DNA of 64,000 nucleotides, taken from the NCBI RefSeq assembly GCF_009914755.1, contig NC_060930.1, one strand, 5' to 3'. The stretch is from the human T2T-CHM13v2.0 reference genome, Homo sapiens. The position numbers were made by a program, and so were the translations under genes. Below the pieces are notes generated by a model. It had not been told where the DNA came from. It saw only the letters and a list, made by a program, of their open reading frames with translations, and ran no database searches. The stretch's first letter is position 1; each line of letters begins with the position of its first letter. Shown piece by piece: positions 28,238-42,879 of this stretch.

Positions 28238-29065
28238 ATGGTCTCACCAGCACACCCCACTGTCCCAGACCACAGTGGCCCCTTTGATGCCCAGCAGCTC
28301 TCTGCTTCCTCCATGACCTCTGCAAGTAGGAGAATCTTTGTGGAGGCTGTGAATCCCAGTCCCATCACTTCTCTTCCTGTGACATCCCTTAAGTCTTCCT
28401 TCCTAGGGTCTTCTGCCTCCCAGAAGAAAGCCGGGGAGCCATGCTTCTCTACGACCTTTGCACCTCGCCCTCCTCCTAGACCAGGGGAAGTGTTTTCCTA
28501 CATGAAAGCACCACCACACCCACCATGGCTTGTTTCACAGAGACATTCTTTCCTCAATTCCATCTCCCCTTTGGAAATCAGGCTTTTAGAAAACACCAGG
28601 AAGCCTTGCACGCTAGGTCTGTTTTCTACCATACTAAGGCGCGGAGGCATGGAGAGACATAGGAAAAGGAGAAAAATACACAGAAGGAGAAAAAGGGGGA
28701 AAAACTCTAAATTAAAACCTCCGAACCCTGTTGCTAATATGTATGGTAGTGATAAACATAGCACTTTGCATTCCTCAGGAGCATCTAGCCTGCTCTTCAA
28801 GAAATTGAATCAACATCGTGCAAAGAGAAGAAACTTGGGGTTTCTTTTTTTATTTTATTTTATTTTTTTTTTTTTGAGACGGAGTCTCACTCTATTGCCA
28901 GGCTGGAGTGCAATGGCACGATCTCGGCTCACTGCAGCCTCTGCCTCCTGGTTCAAGCAATTCCCCTGCCTCAGCCTCCCAAGTAGTTGGGACTACAGGC
29001 ATGGGCCGCCACGCCCGGCTAATTTTTTTTTGTATTTTAGTAGAGACGGGGTTTCACCGTGTTGA
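28238..29065 (+). other. Long unannotated ORF (275 codons from the ATG); coding status unsupported
   Basis: Longest frame in the track, with about 200 codons in unique DNA and an antisense-Alu C-terminus. No recognisable homology. Confidence 0.15.
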
Positions 29066-29156
29066 CCAAGATGGTCTCAATCTCCTGACCTTCTGATCCA
29101 CCCGACTTGGCCTCCCAAAGTGCTGGGATTACAGATGTGAGCCACCACACCCAGCC
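28845..29156 (-). mobile_element. AluSc-like
   Basis: TSD aaacttggggttt / aaactttgggttt. Confidence 0.93.
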
Positions 29157-29356
29157 AAACTTTGGGTTTTCAATGCCTTGGTTTTGTAAGAAAGGGGCAG
29201 GAAGGTTAAAGGTTCATTTTCAAGGCACCACTGACTCACCCTTTACAGATTGCTCTTAAAATCATTTTAATTTGTTAGAAAATGTAAATTGATTTTGCAT
29301 CCTTTTTCCTGTAAATTGTCTGCACACAAGTAAAAGTCACTAATACTCAAAAAGAC

Positions 29357-29677
<321 letters not shown>

Positions 29678-32600
29678 TAACTCTCTCTGGAAAAGAATCA
29701 GTATTTACCTGTAGAGCCACTTTTGTGCTCCAATGACCTTAGCTGAGTTCGTCATAGGCCACATGGGCTAAGCTGGTGTCCCTCAATTTAGTAAAACACA
29801 GTCTATAAAATCCCACACTTGTAAAACACTCATTTGGCAAGTGGTTTTGCAAAAGTTGTAAAAGCTTACAAGTGGATATGCCAGGGATTCCTTTAAGTAT
29901 CAAGATGTCCTTGAGTTTTCCAAAAATATGACTCAATTTAGAATCATGGAGGTATTGTAGCTTTTCAAAAGTATATCTTTGTAAAAGTACATGTGCCTGT
30001 ACTCAGTGAAATGAATGTTAAGCCAGATAGAACATGAGATTTCACCAATAGGAAAGAAGAAAACTCCCTGCCAGACCTAAATAGTTGTTTCACCTATTTG
30101 GAAGAGTTGCAGAGTATGCAAAAGTGACTCAGCAAGTCACAGACACCAGCACAGAGGTGGACTCGGTTATGAGGCAGGACTCGTACAACAGGTTCTGAAG
30201 GCCCAGAGGTTAATGAAGTGGTTAAGCTAAGGGTAGCCCTCCCCAGGCTCCTGAGGAAGGAAAGTCAACAAGGACTTTTAGATATCTCCCCAGCAAAATC
30301 ATATATTTCCTCTTGAAAAGTTACTGTTTTTTGACCAGGTTTGCATTCTTCTGGGTCTCTTGGTTTGTAAATAATTGTTTTCGTGCATTTAAGCAGTTAA
30401 TCTGGCAAAGCTAATACTAATTTGACATAGCCAGGGACTAGAGAAAATGCAGTAGACATAACTGTTTTCCTGGGTAAAATTTTATAAAACTAAACATTTT
30501 AGAAAGCCCTACTCATGTGTAGATGTGGGAGGGATGGACTCTCCCTGCAGGAGAAAAACTGTCCAAGTGGTGAATTCCACATTGGAACAATATGATGTTG
30601 GCTTCTGATTTTCCACTCCAGGCTTTGGAGGTAAAGCTCAGCATTTGACCGCAGTTATGTTGTGCTACAAAGGGCCAGTACACAGTAAGGCCTGTGGAAT
30701 TAGGAACTGGCAAAGGAAGGGAGATGTGGTTAGAACACTCAGGAGAAGGGTTATTAAAGGGTAAAAGCAGTTTTTGCATTTGAGTTTTTCTTTTCTTCAT
30801 AACCTTTCGCAATTTCATTGGATCCAAATGTCCGAGAAACGTTCATTGAAAGTGTAAAGTCCACAGAAAGAAAGGACCAGAATTCTTCCAGGTCTCTCCC
30901 ATCAGGCTTCATCTGGGTTCTACCTTTCCATTTTTGTTCCACTTGCAGGAATGGTGGGTAGGAGCGTTAGACTTCTCTGTTTATAAGAATGTTTCTTTTG
31001 AGTATCATTAATCAGCACGGATGAAGATGAGTTGTGCCTGAGATGATAACCACAGATCCAGCTCTCAAGGATATTTTGAGGACGTTCTATCTTCTCCTGC
31101 CTCTTTTCAGAAAAAAGTGAGAATATTATAAGCACCTATATTTTTATATGGCTGTTTAAAATCCTAATTGACCTGTTCTAACAAAGTAGCACGGAGCATG
31201 AATCACTTGGTAGCCAACTTTGGTTAATTTTGCCTGCAGGATTGCCAGAAGTTGCCTTCCTGAGCTTGCACTTCTACTTGCATTCCAGGTGTCCATTCTT
31301 GTGTACCGAACACACCTTAAAGTGAGCTTAGAGATTTATAATTACTAGAGTCAAAAAAAAATGCCAGAAGGAAACGTCACCACCCACTGAAGGATTATTG
31401 TTGGCATGATGACTGAGGCGTGGCGCCTGTGCACATGGCAGTGTCAGTTGCCTTGTCATAAGTGGCAGTAATGCTAGGGGATACTTTTCTTCTTTGATTT
31501 ATATTATTATCTTCTTGAATGAGACATATCTCGATTTTGAATCATAACTGTGAGAAATGCCCACACCCTTCTTACCTCCACATATGTAAATTCCATTTCT
31601 CCCAAGACTCCCAGCTATGAGAGAATGCAACAGTCAATATTATGAAAGTGGCTTGGCTAAAATGTTTGCTTCCCTGTGCTCAGTCACTTGAGCAGCACAA
31701 GTGACACATTTGACAAGGCAGAACAAGAAATTTATCCCTTCACTATGGAGCATTTTACAAGGGAAGCTGAGTTTTGGAGCAAACTAATGGTAAGTTGAAT
31801 AAAGTGTTTAAATATCAAGGACATCATGCTGGGCATTTTCCTTGTGGCTTTTTATAAAATAAGATGAAAGGGGAATTTATAATCAAAGGATTGTACTCTT
31901 GCTTATTACTTTAAGTGAAACGTGCCTTCTACATATCAAATTTTGTTAGTGATAAATGGCTTTGAATGAATTGTTTGGCAGGAACTTTTTCTAATTCTAT
32001 TGATGAAGAATACTAACAGCTATGGGCATGTAAGGCTTTATGACTTTGTGGAAGCAATATGGTTCACTAGTGGAAAGGAATTATTCTAAGGTAGATTTTT
32101 AACATAAATGAAGCATTTCTTGGAACTCTGTGTTGGATTTTTACTTTTGGTTTTCTTTAACTGTACCTCTTTTAAGATTTTCTCTAAGGTGTGTATACAT
32201 AAACATGATCAGAAGGGTGTAATAAAGGAGGATTCTAATGTCTAAGACTAACCTTTGTGATTTCTGAACTGAACATATTCGTACCTGCCATTTTCCCTTT
32301 ATGTGACCAAGAACTGCTGAGTTTACTTTAGATGACTTGGTACAGTCTTGAATGCATCAAAGAATGCAGAGATTCCCTGACTTTGGTGATTCTAGATGAT
32401 CATGTCATTTTATAGTGGAGTAAACTGAAGTCCCTCTATCCAAACAACCCATAGTCTGGCTACAAGATCACAGACCCCACCCCCCATTCCAGTGGGTTTT
32501 TTGTTTTTAGTTATCCTTCACTGTCTCATAGCATAAAATTTCATTTTGTTTTCTCCTTTCTAATGTAAATTTCAGCTTCATTGGAAATAGAAAATTCTGT

Positions 32601-32789
32601 TGCAAACAGGTAATTTTTAGATTGGATGGTATAACAAATTATCTTTTCGTGGCAACGATGTGACTCATCTGTCTTTTCCCTGGCAGTATGACCTATACTA
32701 CCATCTTTTATGACACTAAGTTTATTCTGTGAGCATACTGAAACATTGGTTTCTAAAGTAGTCACTTCTATTCATTAAAGAATGTTCAG

Positions 32790-33092
<303 letters not shown>

Positions 33093-34799
33093 TCAGTATC
33101 TCTGATGTCTTAAATTATAATGCTATATCTGAGCTGGTAAGCCATTCTGTGTGATGTCTTTGGAGAAAGGAGGGTAAAAAAATGTATTATTATTTCTAAA
33201 CATAACTAAAAAGCACAATTTTTAGATCAATATTCAAACATTTAATACATTTACTTTTGTTTATCCAATTATTTCACTCGTTTACTTAGCAAGCACATCA
33301 ATATATTGTATTCTGGAAACTCAATCATTTCTATGCTCTTACAATACTTAGGTTTTTTTAAATGTCTTTATTTTTATTAAGAGTTCATTTTGACAAACTA
33401 TAGAAAAATTAAAAAGGTTTTTTCTGCATGTCCTCCAGGCAGAGAGGAACATCTGTGCTCCAAGGAGCTGGGAGCTGATGTAGCAGCAGGCTCTGACTGG
33501 CTCCAGAGTCCTAAACCTATGGGGACTGGGCAGAGGCCGATGCTCAGGAAATACACAAAGGACTGAGACGTAGGCATTGGTCCTGTCCACCCAGAACTGC
33601 TCAAGGAGTTTTCCAAATCAGATAGTCACATGAGAGAACTATCGGACTTATAAGCAGCTACCATGCAAATTCAAGGTAGCCTCTTGTTTTGTTAAATCAT
33701 GGTTGTCCAAACTGCCATTTTGAAAATTCTCCCCTCATTTTGAAACTCTCTTTCACCCCGGCTCCAGCACTGCCACTACATGTGTCACCAGTTCCCCTGG
33801 CAGGTGGGTGGTGGCTTCCCGTGAGAGAGCTAAGTCAGCAGCCCCAGAAAGTGCCTCGGGGAGCTGGTGGCAACTCATTAGCCTCTCTTACGCGCCTTCT
33901 AGTCTGTGTCATGGACAGATTACCTGCCAGCACAGACACCCAGTGACAGGCACAGCCCAGGGCAGGAGGGACTGCAATTTACTATGAACCAATGGCTACT
34001 CAACCTGTGTGAACCAACAGAAATGGATTTTGGAGGGCCTGGTATATTTCCACAGTGGCTTTCTATCATAATTAATGCACCCAACCTCTCCTGTGGTCAG
34101 CAGGTTGTTATCTGAACTGTGTAGATTGTGAGACATAGAGATTTAATAACAGGCTTGGTGCTCTCTGGTTAATGAGTGGGCTGGGAGTGAGAAATCTAAG
34201 GCTCTGGTGATTTCCTACAGAATGTTGGACATTGTCTCTCAGCCTTCTCCACCAGGAGGATCAGAGTGGTTCTTCCATCAAGAGTTCTCTCATCATTTTT
34301 TGCTCTTAGTGCATCTGAGTTCTTGAATGTCTTCACTCTTGCAGAATATTGGAGTCACTTAGAAGTTCACTTCCATGTCAGACATAACTGGATCATGCTT
34401 CTCTCAAAGAGGATAATAGTAACCCCTGGGAGCTCAAATTCAGAAGCTTGCCTCCAAGTGCAGCTTTAAGTCTCAAGGCTATGTGCTGGTCCAGGACAGT
34501 TGGTAGATTAGGTCTCCCCTTGCATACAACCCAGTGAAACAATTCAACCTAGCACAGCTTCAACAAGCACGAACCATATATGAAAGTGCAGGTAGCAGAG
34601 GGCATGATGGCCATGCATGATTATTTGGGGAAAGTGGACAGTGGTAACTCTCTGCATAGTCCTGTCTGATCATCTCCTCCCAAGAGACCCCAGCCATCTT
34701 TCTTTGCCACCATCCTCTTTCTCCCAGTGAGCTCATCTGAATACCTGCCTCATTGAAGCATCAGGCAAGTGCTCATCGAGCCCAGCCTCTATGACTAAA

Positions 34800-35470
34800 T
34801 CCGCTGTTTCTATGGAGAATACAGAGGAAGAAGACGTGATCTTGACTCAGGAAGGTCAAAATATAATTGTGAGATAAGACAAACATCCATGAAACAATTA
34901 GAGAACAGAATAATATATAATTGAGTGGCAGACGGCATGGTTCAGAAATTAAGTGGAATAGCAAGTCTGAAGTCAGGGAAGTCTGTGAGGCCCAGAAGAG
35001 TCAAAGAAGGTTTCATGATGGAAATTGATGGATAGAATTTGGAAAGGAGAGGGATAGGCATCCAGATGAAGGAGATGGTGTCGAGTAAATGCTGGGAGGC
35101 AGAAACGCCTCTGGTGACAGGATACTGCTGAGTGATTGAACAGGAAATGGATGTGAGGGACTGGGGAAAGATAGAGAATGGAGCAGATCCTGGAGAGTCT
35201 TGAAGACCAAACAGAGGATCTTAGACTGGGTAGGACATGGGAGTCGTGGAAGGAGTCAGAACAGTAGAATGGCTTGATAAAGGCAGCATTTAGGGAAAAT
35301 GAGTCTGGCAAGGTAGATTGGATTCTGAAGATTCTAGAGGCTGGTAAGAAAGCTATTGTTACAGGACCTACACATGAGATGGCAGTGGTCCCAGACCAGT
35401 GTGGTACAAGTGGAGTAAGGAGAAAAACATATCTTTAAGGAAAAACATGAAACACCAGTCAGCTGACAGG
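34800..35470 (-). mobile_element. Degenerate L2
   Basis: Purine-rich stretch with L2-like blocks, e.g. ggagcagatcctggagagtcttgaagaccaaacagaggatcttagact. Confidence 0.55.
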
Positions 35471-35861
35471 ATTATGTAGGATACAAACTACATCAAGTCA
35501 GCACCTAATGGATATCTTCTGCAGACAACAGTCTATTTTTGCTCAGGATAAGAGAGAAGTCTAATTATTTTCCATAGATTTATTCCTAAGACTAGCAAAC
35601 TTGTCTCATACTTCCCTCCCTGTCCCTTGAGTTAACCAAGTCCTTTCTAGAAAATTCTCCAGGTATCAGTCCCCATCCTGAGAGTTCAGGCCAAAATTTC
35701 TCTTGCAGGCCACCCTCCTGCCACCTGGAGCATTCTGCTCCCTCAAAGCTTCTCCTTCCTCACAGCTGGACTCATGCTCCTGAGGGTCATTTTCCTAGGA
35801 TCTGTTCCTCAGCTACTGTTTGATGAACAGGAAACATTTTTCCTCTTTCTTCCTCACTGAC

Positions 35862-36524
<663 letters not shown>

Positions 36525-36869
36525 CTGACTTAGTTTTATTTCTAGTTTGTGGGCTTCTCCCATCTCTCCCTTCTGTCTTTATTGATATTGAGGTAGCCGC
36601 CCACTGATATTTGGCTACTTGGCAGCATACTTCAGGTCAAGATGATTAACTTTTCTAGGCATGTACATAGTTATATTTGACATAAATAAAGTGTGTGCTA
36701 CATACAGGAAAAAGAGGTATCCAGTCCATCTGATGTTTTGAAAGGGGAAGCAAGCCACCACAACTGGAACACAAATGATGAAAATCAAGATGTTGTATGT
36801 TTAGACTGACAGGTCTTAGACAGGTTTCAGGAGAAATTTTGAATCACAGAAGGCAAGAACTCTAAAGCA

Positions 36870-37145
36870 TCATCAACATGTTCTGTTTGACCTACATATG
36901 GTTTTTATAATTGTTGTTGTTTTATTTACATTTTTAGCAAATATTTAAAATTAAGACATTTTCACATAATAATCCAGGGACAGTTTTGTTTTGTTTTGTT
37001 TTGTTTGAAACAGAATCAAAAGATGACAATTATCAGCTAGTGCTGAGTATAGCTGTCCCCTGTAGACAGGGCAAGTATTCTCCTCCTTACCTACCTTTTG
37101 AGTACTTATCGGGGCCTGTGAATATTTCAGCTGTGACCCCTGATT
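36870..37145. mobile_element. MER102-like hAT-Charlie relic
   Basis: gctagtgctgagtatagctgtcccctgtagacagggcaagtattctcc resembles MER102. Confidence 0.55.
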
Positions 37146-37196
37146 TAACTAATCCCTCATTTTACAAAGAAGGGAGATTGAGGCAAAGAGAAGTTA

Positions 37197-37562
<366 letters not shown>

Positions 37563-37639
37563 CTATAAGGCCTCACTCCCTTTTCTCTCCTTTTAAGGAC
37601 TGTAGTTGTTTCTCAAATACAGGATCCAAAAGGTTGGTA

Positions 37640-37860
37640 ATTGGGGCCAGGAGTTTGAAACCAGCCTGAGCAATATAGTGAGACCCCATCTCTATAAAAA
37701 GTTTAAAAATTAACTAGATGTGATGGTGCACACCTGTAATTCCAGCTATTCGGCAGGCGGAGGCAGGAGGACTGCTTCAGTCCGGGAGTTAGAGCTGTGA
37801 TGAACTCTGAGCATACCACTGCACTCCAGCCTGGGTGACAGAGCAAGACTTTGTCTTGGG
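37640..37860 (+). mobile_element. 5'-truncated AluJ
   Basis: Starts at ggccaggagtttgaaaccagcc. Confidence 0.9.
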
Positions 37861-38032
37861 AAAAAGAAAAGAGAAAGAAAGGAAGGGAGAGTGAGAGAGA
37901 GAGGAGAAAGAAAGAGAGAAAAAGGAAGAAAAAGAAAGGAAGGAAGGAAGGAGAGAGAGAGAGAAAGAAAAAGAGAGAGAGAAGGAGGAAAGAAAGAAAA
38001 GAAAAGGAAAGGAAAGGAAAGAAAAGAGAAGG
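37858..38032 (+). repeat. GA-rich polypurine tract
   Basis: About 175 nt with a single T. Confidence 0.95.
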
Positions 38033-39551
38033 CAACCTGGAGAAAGGCAAAGACCAGCATGTGTGAAGATGCTCATCAGTCAAAATTGATATTCTGAATA
38101 TCAACTGAGGGATATTGAATAGGTCACCCTGAGAGCCAGAATCTGAGAAAACCCGGAATAGTAGTATTTCTCATCTGCGACCCTTGATGGAATTGTATTT
38201 TAAGTGATTGCACTGGCTGCTTACAATGCCAAGACGGAACATACTTCAGAATTAGCTTTTTCCTTTGATTATACTTTGTTGGGTTAAAAAATAAAAAAGT
38301 GGACTTGCAAATATAGTAGTTGTGACTACAGCATTTTAAGCATTTGTATTGAAGATGTCCCAAATTTCTAAATGAAAGTTACTAATAAAAAATATTCATG
38401 TATATTTTCCTGTTCACTTTCCTCTCCTAACCTCATTTTGTGTCTTTAGAACTCTAGCCTGAAACGTTGGTTCAGCTAGTCTGTCTTGAATATGTTAAAA
38501 TGACATTGGTTGTTGGCTAGAAGCTCGAGGCTGCGCTGCCTCCCACAGACAGCAGTGCTGTGATCTCTGCAGCTCACAGAGCGAGCGGGAGGGGGCCGCG
38601 ATCATCTGCTTATCATTATTGATGTGGCTTCGGCGACCTCTGCTGTGTTTCTGTCCAGTGTGATTCTGGATGCAATTCAGAAAACACCTGCTGAAATCCT
38701 GGCAAGAGATCCAAGTGCGTGCCAAGGCGAGGTGATTGGTGTGGCTCTTGAACAATGTGAAGGTCAACCTCTTGGCTCTCCTTTAGTAGTTATTTTAATG
38801 AAAGAATTCTTTACTGAGTGAATTTGAACAGACCTCGCACAGGCTGGCATTTCTACTTTTTGCATAGTAACACTCAAAATAGCCTTTTGTCTAAAGTGGA
38901 AGAAGGATGGAGATTTTACAGGGCATTTACAATTGAAGGACAGACATAGAAGAGAGATTCTCTGTGTTCTTTGAAATATAGGGAAGCTTTAAAATTAATT
39001 TTTGATCTTTCCTTTCACTACTCCACCCGTGTCCTCCTCAAAGAAATTATACCTCTGTGACTGCTTTCTTTTATTCTGGGGAAACTTTCTTCCTCCTCCT
39101 CAAGCTCTTAGAACTTTTGGCTGATGTGACAAGATCACTTCCTCTCCACTGGTGAGGAAGTTTCAGCCCTATCACTTATGCTGTTGTATTCAATATAGAG
39201 TCTACATTTCCATCTACCACGTAAATATGTGAGCTGTAAATGAGAGATAAAAACACCATAGAGATATTTGACTCTTAGAGTGATAGTAGAAGGTTACTGT
39301 ACATAAAATGGTCATTTGACCTTGGACCACACTGACGTAATAATATTAATGATGACACGATCATAATAATTAACATGTATGGCAAATTTAGCATGTGCTA
39401 GAAACTGTGCTAGGTATTATCTAATTTTGTCTGCATAATGCCCCTGTGTTCCTCTAAATGGGTTAAGTTTTAGTTTTAGGGAGTGAAATTTAAGAGGGAT
39501 ACAGGCAAACCAAAGTACATTGCCATCCGGGGTGGGACCAACTGAATAGAG

Positions 39552-39750
39552 CAGTGATTCTCAAGCTTGTCCCTGCAGTGGAATCTCCTGGAAGGCCGAT
39601 TAAAACCCAGATTGCTGGGCCCACCACTGTGCATCTCCCCCCAGAGTTTCTGATTCAGTGGCCTAGGGTGGGACCCCCAAATTTGCATTTTTCTAAGTTG
39701 CCAGGCAATGCCGATACTGCTGATCTCGGGGCACACTTTGAGAATTGCTG
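39552..39750. mobile_element. MER5A (hAT-Charlie MITE)
   Basis: Terminal inverted repeats cagtgattctcaa / ttgagaattgctg; ntagag-type flanks. Confidence 0.9.
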
Positions 39751-40833
39751 TCCTAGAGCTCAAAACCGTATCACCCATGGAACAGCTGCAGTAATCCAGA
39801 ATGCTTTCCTTAGAGAAGAGACTGCTCTGGGGTGCCCAGAAGGCTCCTGGGGCCTGTCGAAGACCTGGAGGGTGTTCGTGATACCAAGGATCTGAACCAG
39901 GACCAGTGGAAGTGACATTGAGACAAACAGCCTGAGAATAAAGGAGAACAGATGGAGTGGGTCCTGCCAGGGGAGGCCACAAAAATAAAAGATATGGGGA
40001 TGTGCTTGAACATAAAGGGTGGTGGGTTGCTGAGCAGGGATTGTGTACTTGTGGCCCTGAGGCTGGACACAGCCTGCAGATGTTCTCCAGTGGGAATGCA
40101 CAAGGCTGTGAGGCATTTTAGCTTGAATGCTATTGAAGGTGTATATCCACCAGTTCACCCGGTCTGTATTATCTCTTAGCCCCCACCGAGTCACCCACTT
40201 ATACTTATCAGCCTGACCACATGTGGTCCTGGAGCTGAAGGGTGTACATGCAGCAGGGTGGTCAAGCAATAGGCAAATGCTGGATTCAGTTTTTTTTTTA
40301 ATTATCTGTTATTTGAACTCCAAAGAATGAAAGTCAGGATGCTAGGTGAATTGTTCGCTTGTAGGTAGTAAACCTGCAATTGTATGCCAAAAGAGAGGAC
40401 CCACTAAAAACTACTCTACAATGGAAGCCAACTCTAACATTGCCTGCAAGGACAGAACTTCCTAGTGTGCCTTTCTCAGTAGGGCACAGCGCTGGTTCCA
40501 CGTTAAAAGAGCTGACCCACAGGGCCCACATAGCGAAAAGACATCCAAGGACTGCAGCTGGACTCATCCTTTCCATCTCCTCCTGCACACATCACCCCAG
40601 GTCTGCCCTCCCTGAGCCCTGGTGGGCTGGTCTACCCTGCTAGGAGACAGGAGGGCTGCCGGGAGGCTGGAAAACTAGGCAAGAAGTCTTGGAAGGCAAT
40701 GACCAAGGCTTAGCAGGAAGAGAGATAAAGAAGGAGGGTTTAGGATTGATTACAAAATGTCTGGCACCAAGAGTGGAAGATTCTTGTGAAGAAAAGCTTA
40801 TTATAGGAATTTCTGGGGAAAGAAAGAATATAA

Positions 40834-41202
<369 letters not shown>

Positions 41203-42570
41203 TTAGAAATGGGAAATCTGGATACATTGTTATGAGAACTATATTGACTTGACTGTGATGGACTCTTTGTCCTTGAAACATTCCAAATAAAATCAGAGAA
41301 AGAGCTGGAAGTATGCTTCAGAAGAATCTTTCACTGATGTGTCTAAATGGCCTGATTCCATCTTTTCCATCTTTGCCTTCTAGTTTTGGTCACCAGGTAT
41401 TTGGCATTATAATTCCCAGGCCAACACACTGCTGTCACCATTATGAGAATTCTGGGGTGGAGGGACAGTGATTTTCCCCTTCCTTACCTCGTGTCTTCAT
41501 TCACTCTCTTCCTCTTCCTTCTTTTCCATCCTCCCGTCTTCTCTCCCTCCCTTCCTTTCTGTTTCTCCTTTATCACATTAAATGCAGCTGACTACAAATA
41601 AGGAAAGGAAAACTTGGGGAACGCTGTGGTGTGGGTTTCTTCCAATAATAACCTTGGCAGGTAATTTTTGCATATACAGACTGAGTCATTTTCTTATAAC
41701 TGAGATCAGGGGCTGGATTTCTCCCAGGAGAAAAAACACTTATATTAACGTGTTTATGTTTTGGAATAATAATATTTGTCCATGTGAAAATATGTGTGAG
41801 TCCTTTCTGCCACACCATCTGGCGTATAACTATTCATAATCCAAACAGTAGCAGCTGCTGCAGAGCACGAGGATGAGTTTTCTTGAAGTAAAAATGGGCT
41901 AACTATTGGATGCCACACGTAGCTTTCACAGCATCACCGGTTACTCACCAGAAACCTACATAGCAGTCCCTTCCATTAATCCATTAGGTTCTTTATTAAT
42001 ATCACAAAAGCTCACTTTGCTATCTTCTTCCATTCCATCCAGTAGAGAAACTCTATCGTTTAACCTTACTCTCAACCTGTGGCCCTTGTACCTTGGGAAC
42101 ATGCATGTGTTTTACCCAAAACTGTTGGCAACTGAAGGTGTCAGTTTGGGTTTTGTTGACTGATGACAGCTGCCAGAAAAATTGCCGGGAATTTTTGCTG
42201 CAGTTCTCCACTGCGGCTTCCTACACTGCTGAACCACATTCATTATGTGTTTGTGGCTAATCAGACACATGGGGACACAGCAGCAGTTGATGAATCCCTC
42301 TCGGGCCGCTCGGCAAGGCTCTGATGTAATGGAAAGTGTAGGGTAACGCTTTCTACAGATCATTTGAATGCGGTTTGCAGAAACCCTTGAGGTTTAAGAA
42401 GGAAGTGGTTTGCGGAATAGGTGCTGGATGCTACTGTATAGAAACCACCACAATCGACAGTACAAAAGAGACCAATTTCACAGGGGAGAATTATCTGCAA
42501 GACTTTTTTCATTGCATAGTCATTCTGAGTCTCCCCCAAAAGTTGGAGGTTTTTGAAAGATAAAATTCTT

Positions 42571-42879
<309 letters not shown>

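Noticed and set aside
30925-31102. Possible minus-strand exon (weak acceptor; AAG|GTAGAA donor)
   Set aside because: Both splice sites are weak and the peptide is unrecognisable.
31436-31445. TGGCAGTGTC, identical to the 5' end of miR-34a
   Set aside because: The remainder does not match, and no hairpin arm is present.
37703-38104. Membrane-like Phe/Leu/Ser and Lys/Arg/Glu ORFs
   Set aside because: Translations of the GA-rich tract plus Alu.
39476-40269. Two ~170-aa minus-strand ORFs
   Set aside because: One overlaps MER5A. Neither has recognisable homology, and the lengths are compatible with chance.
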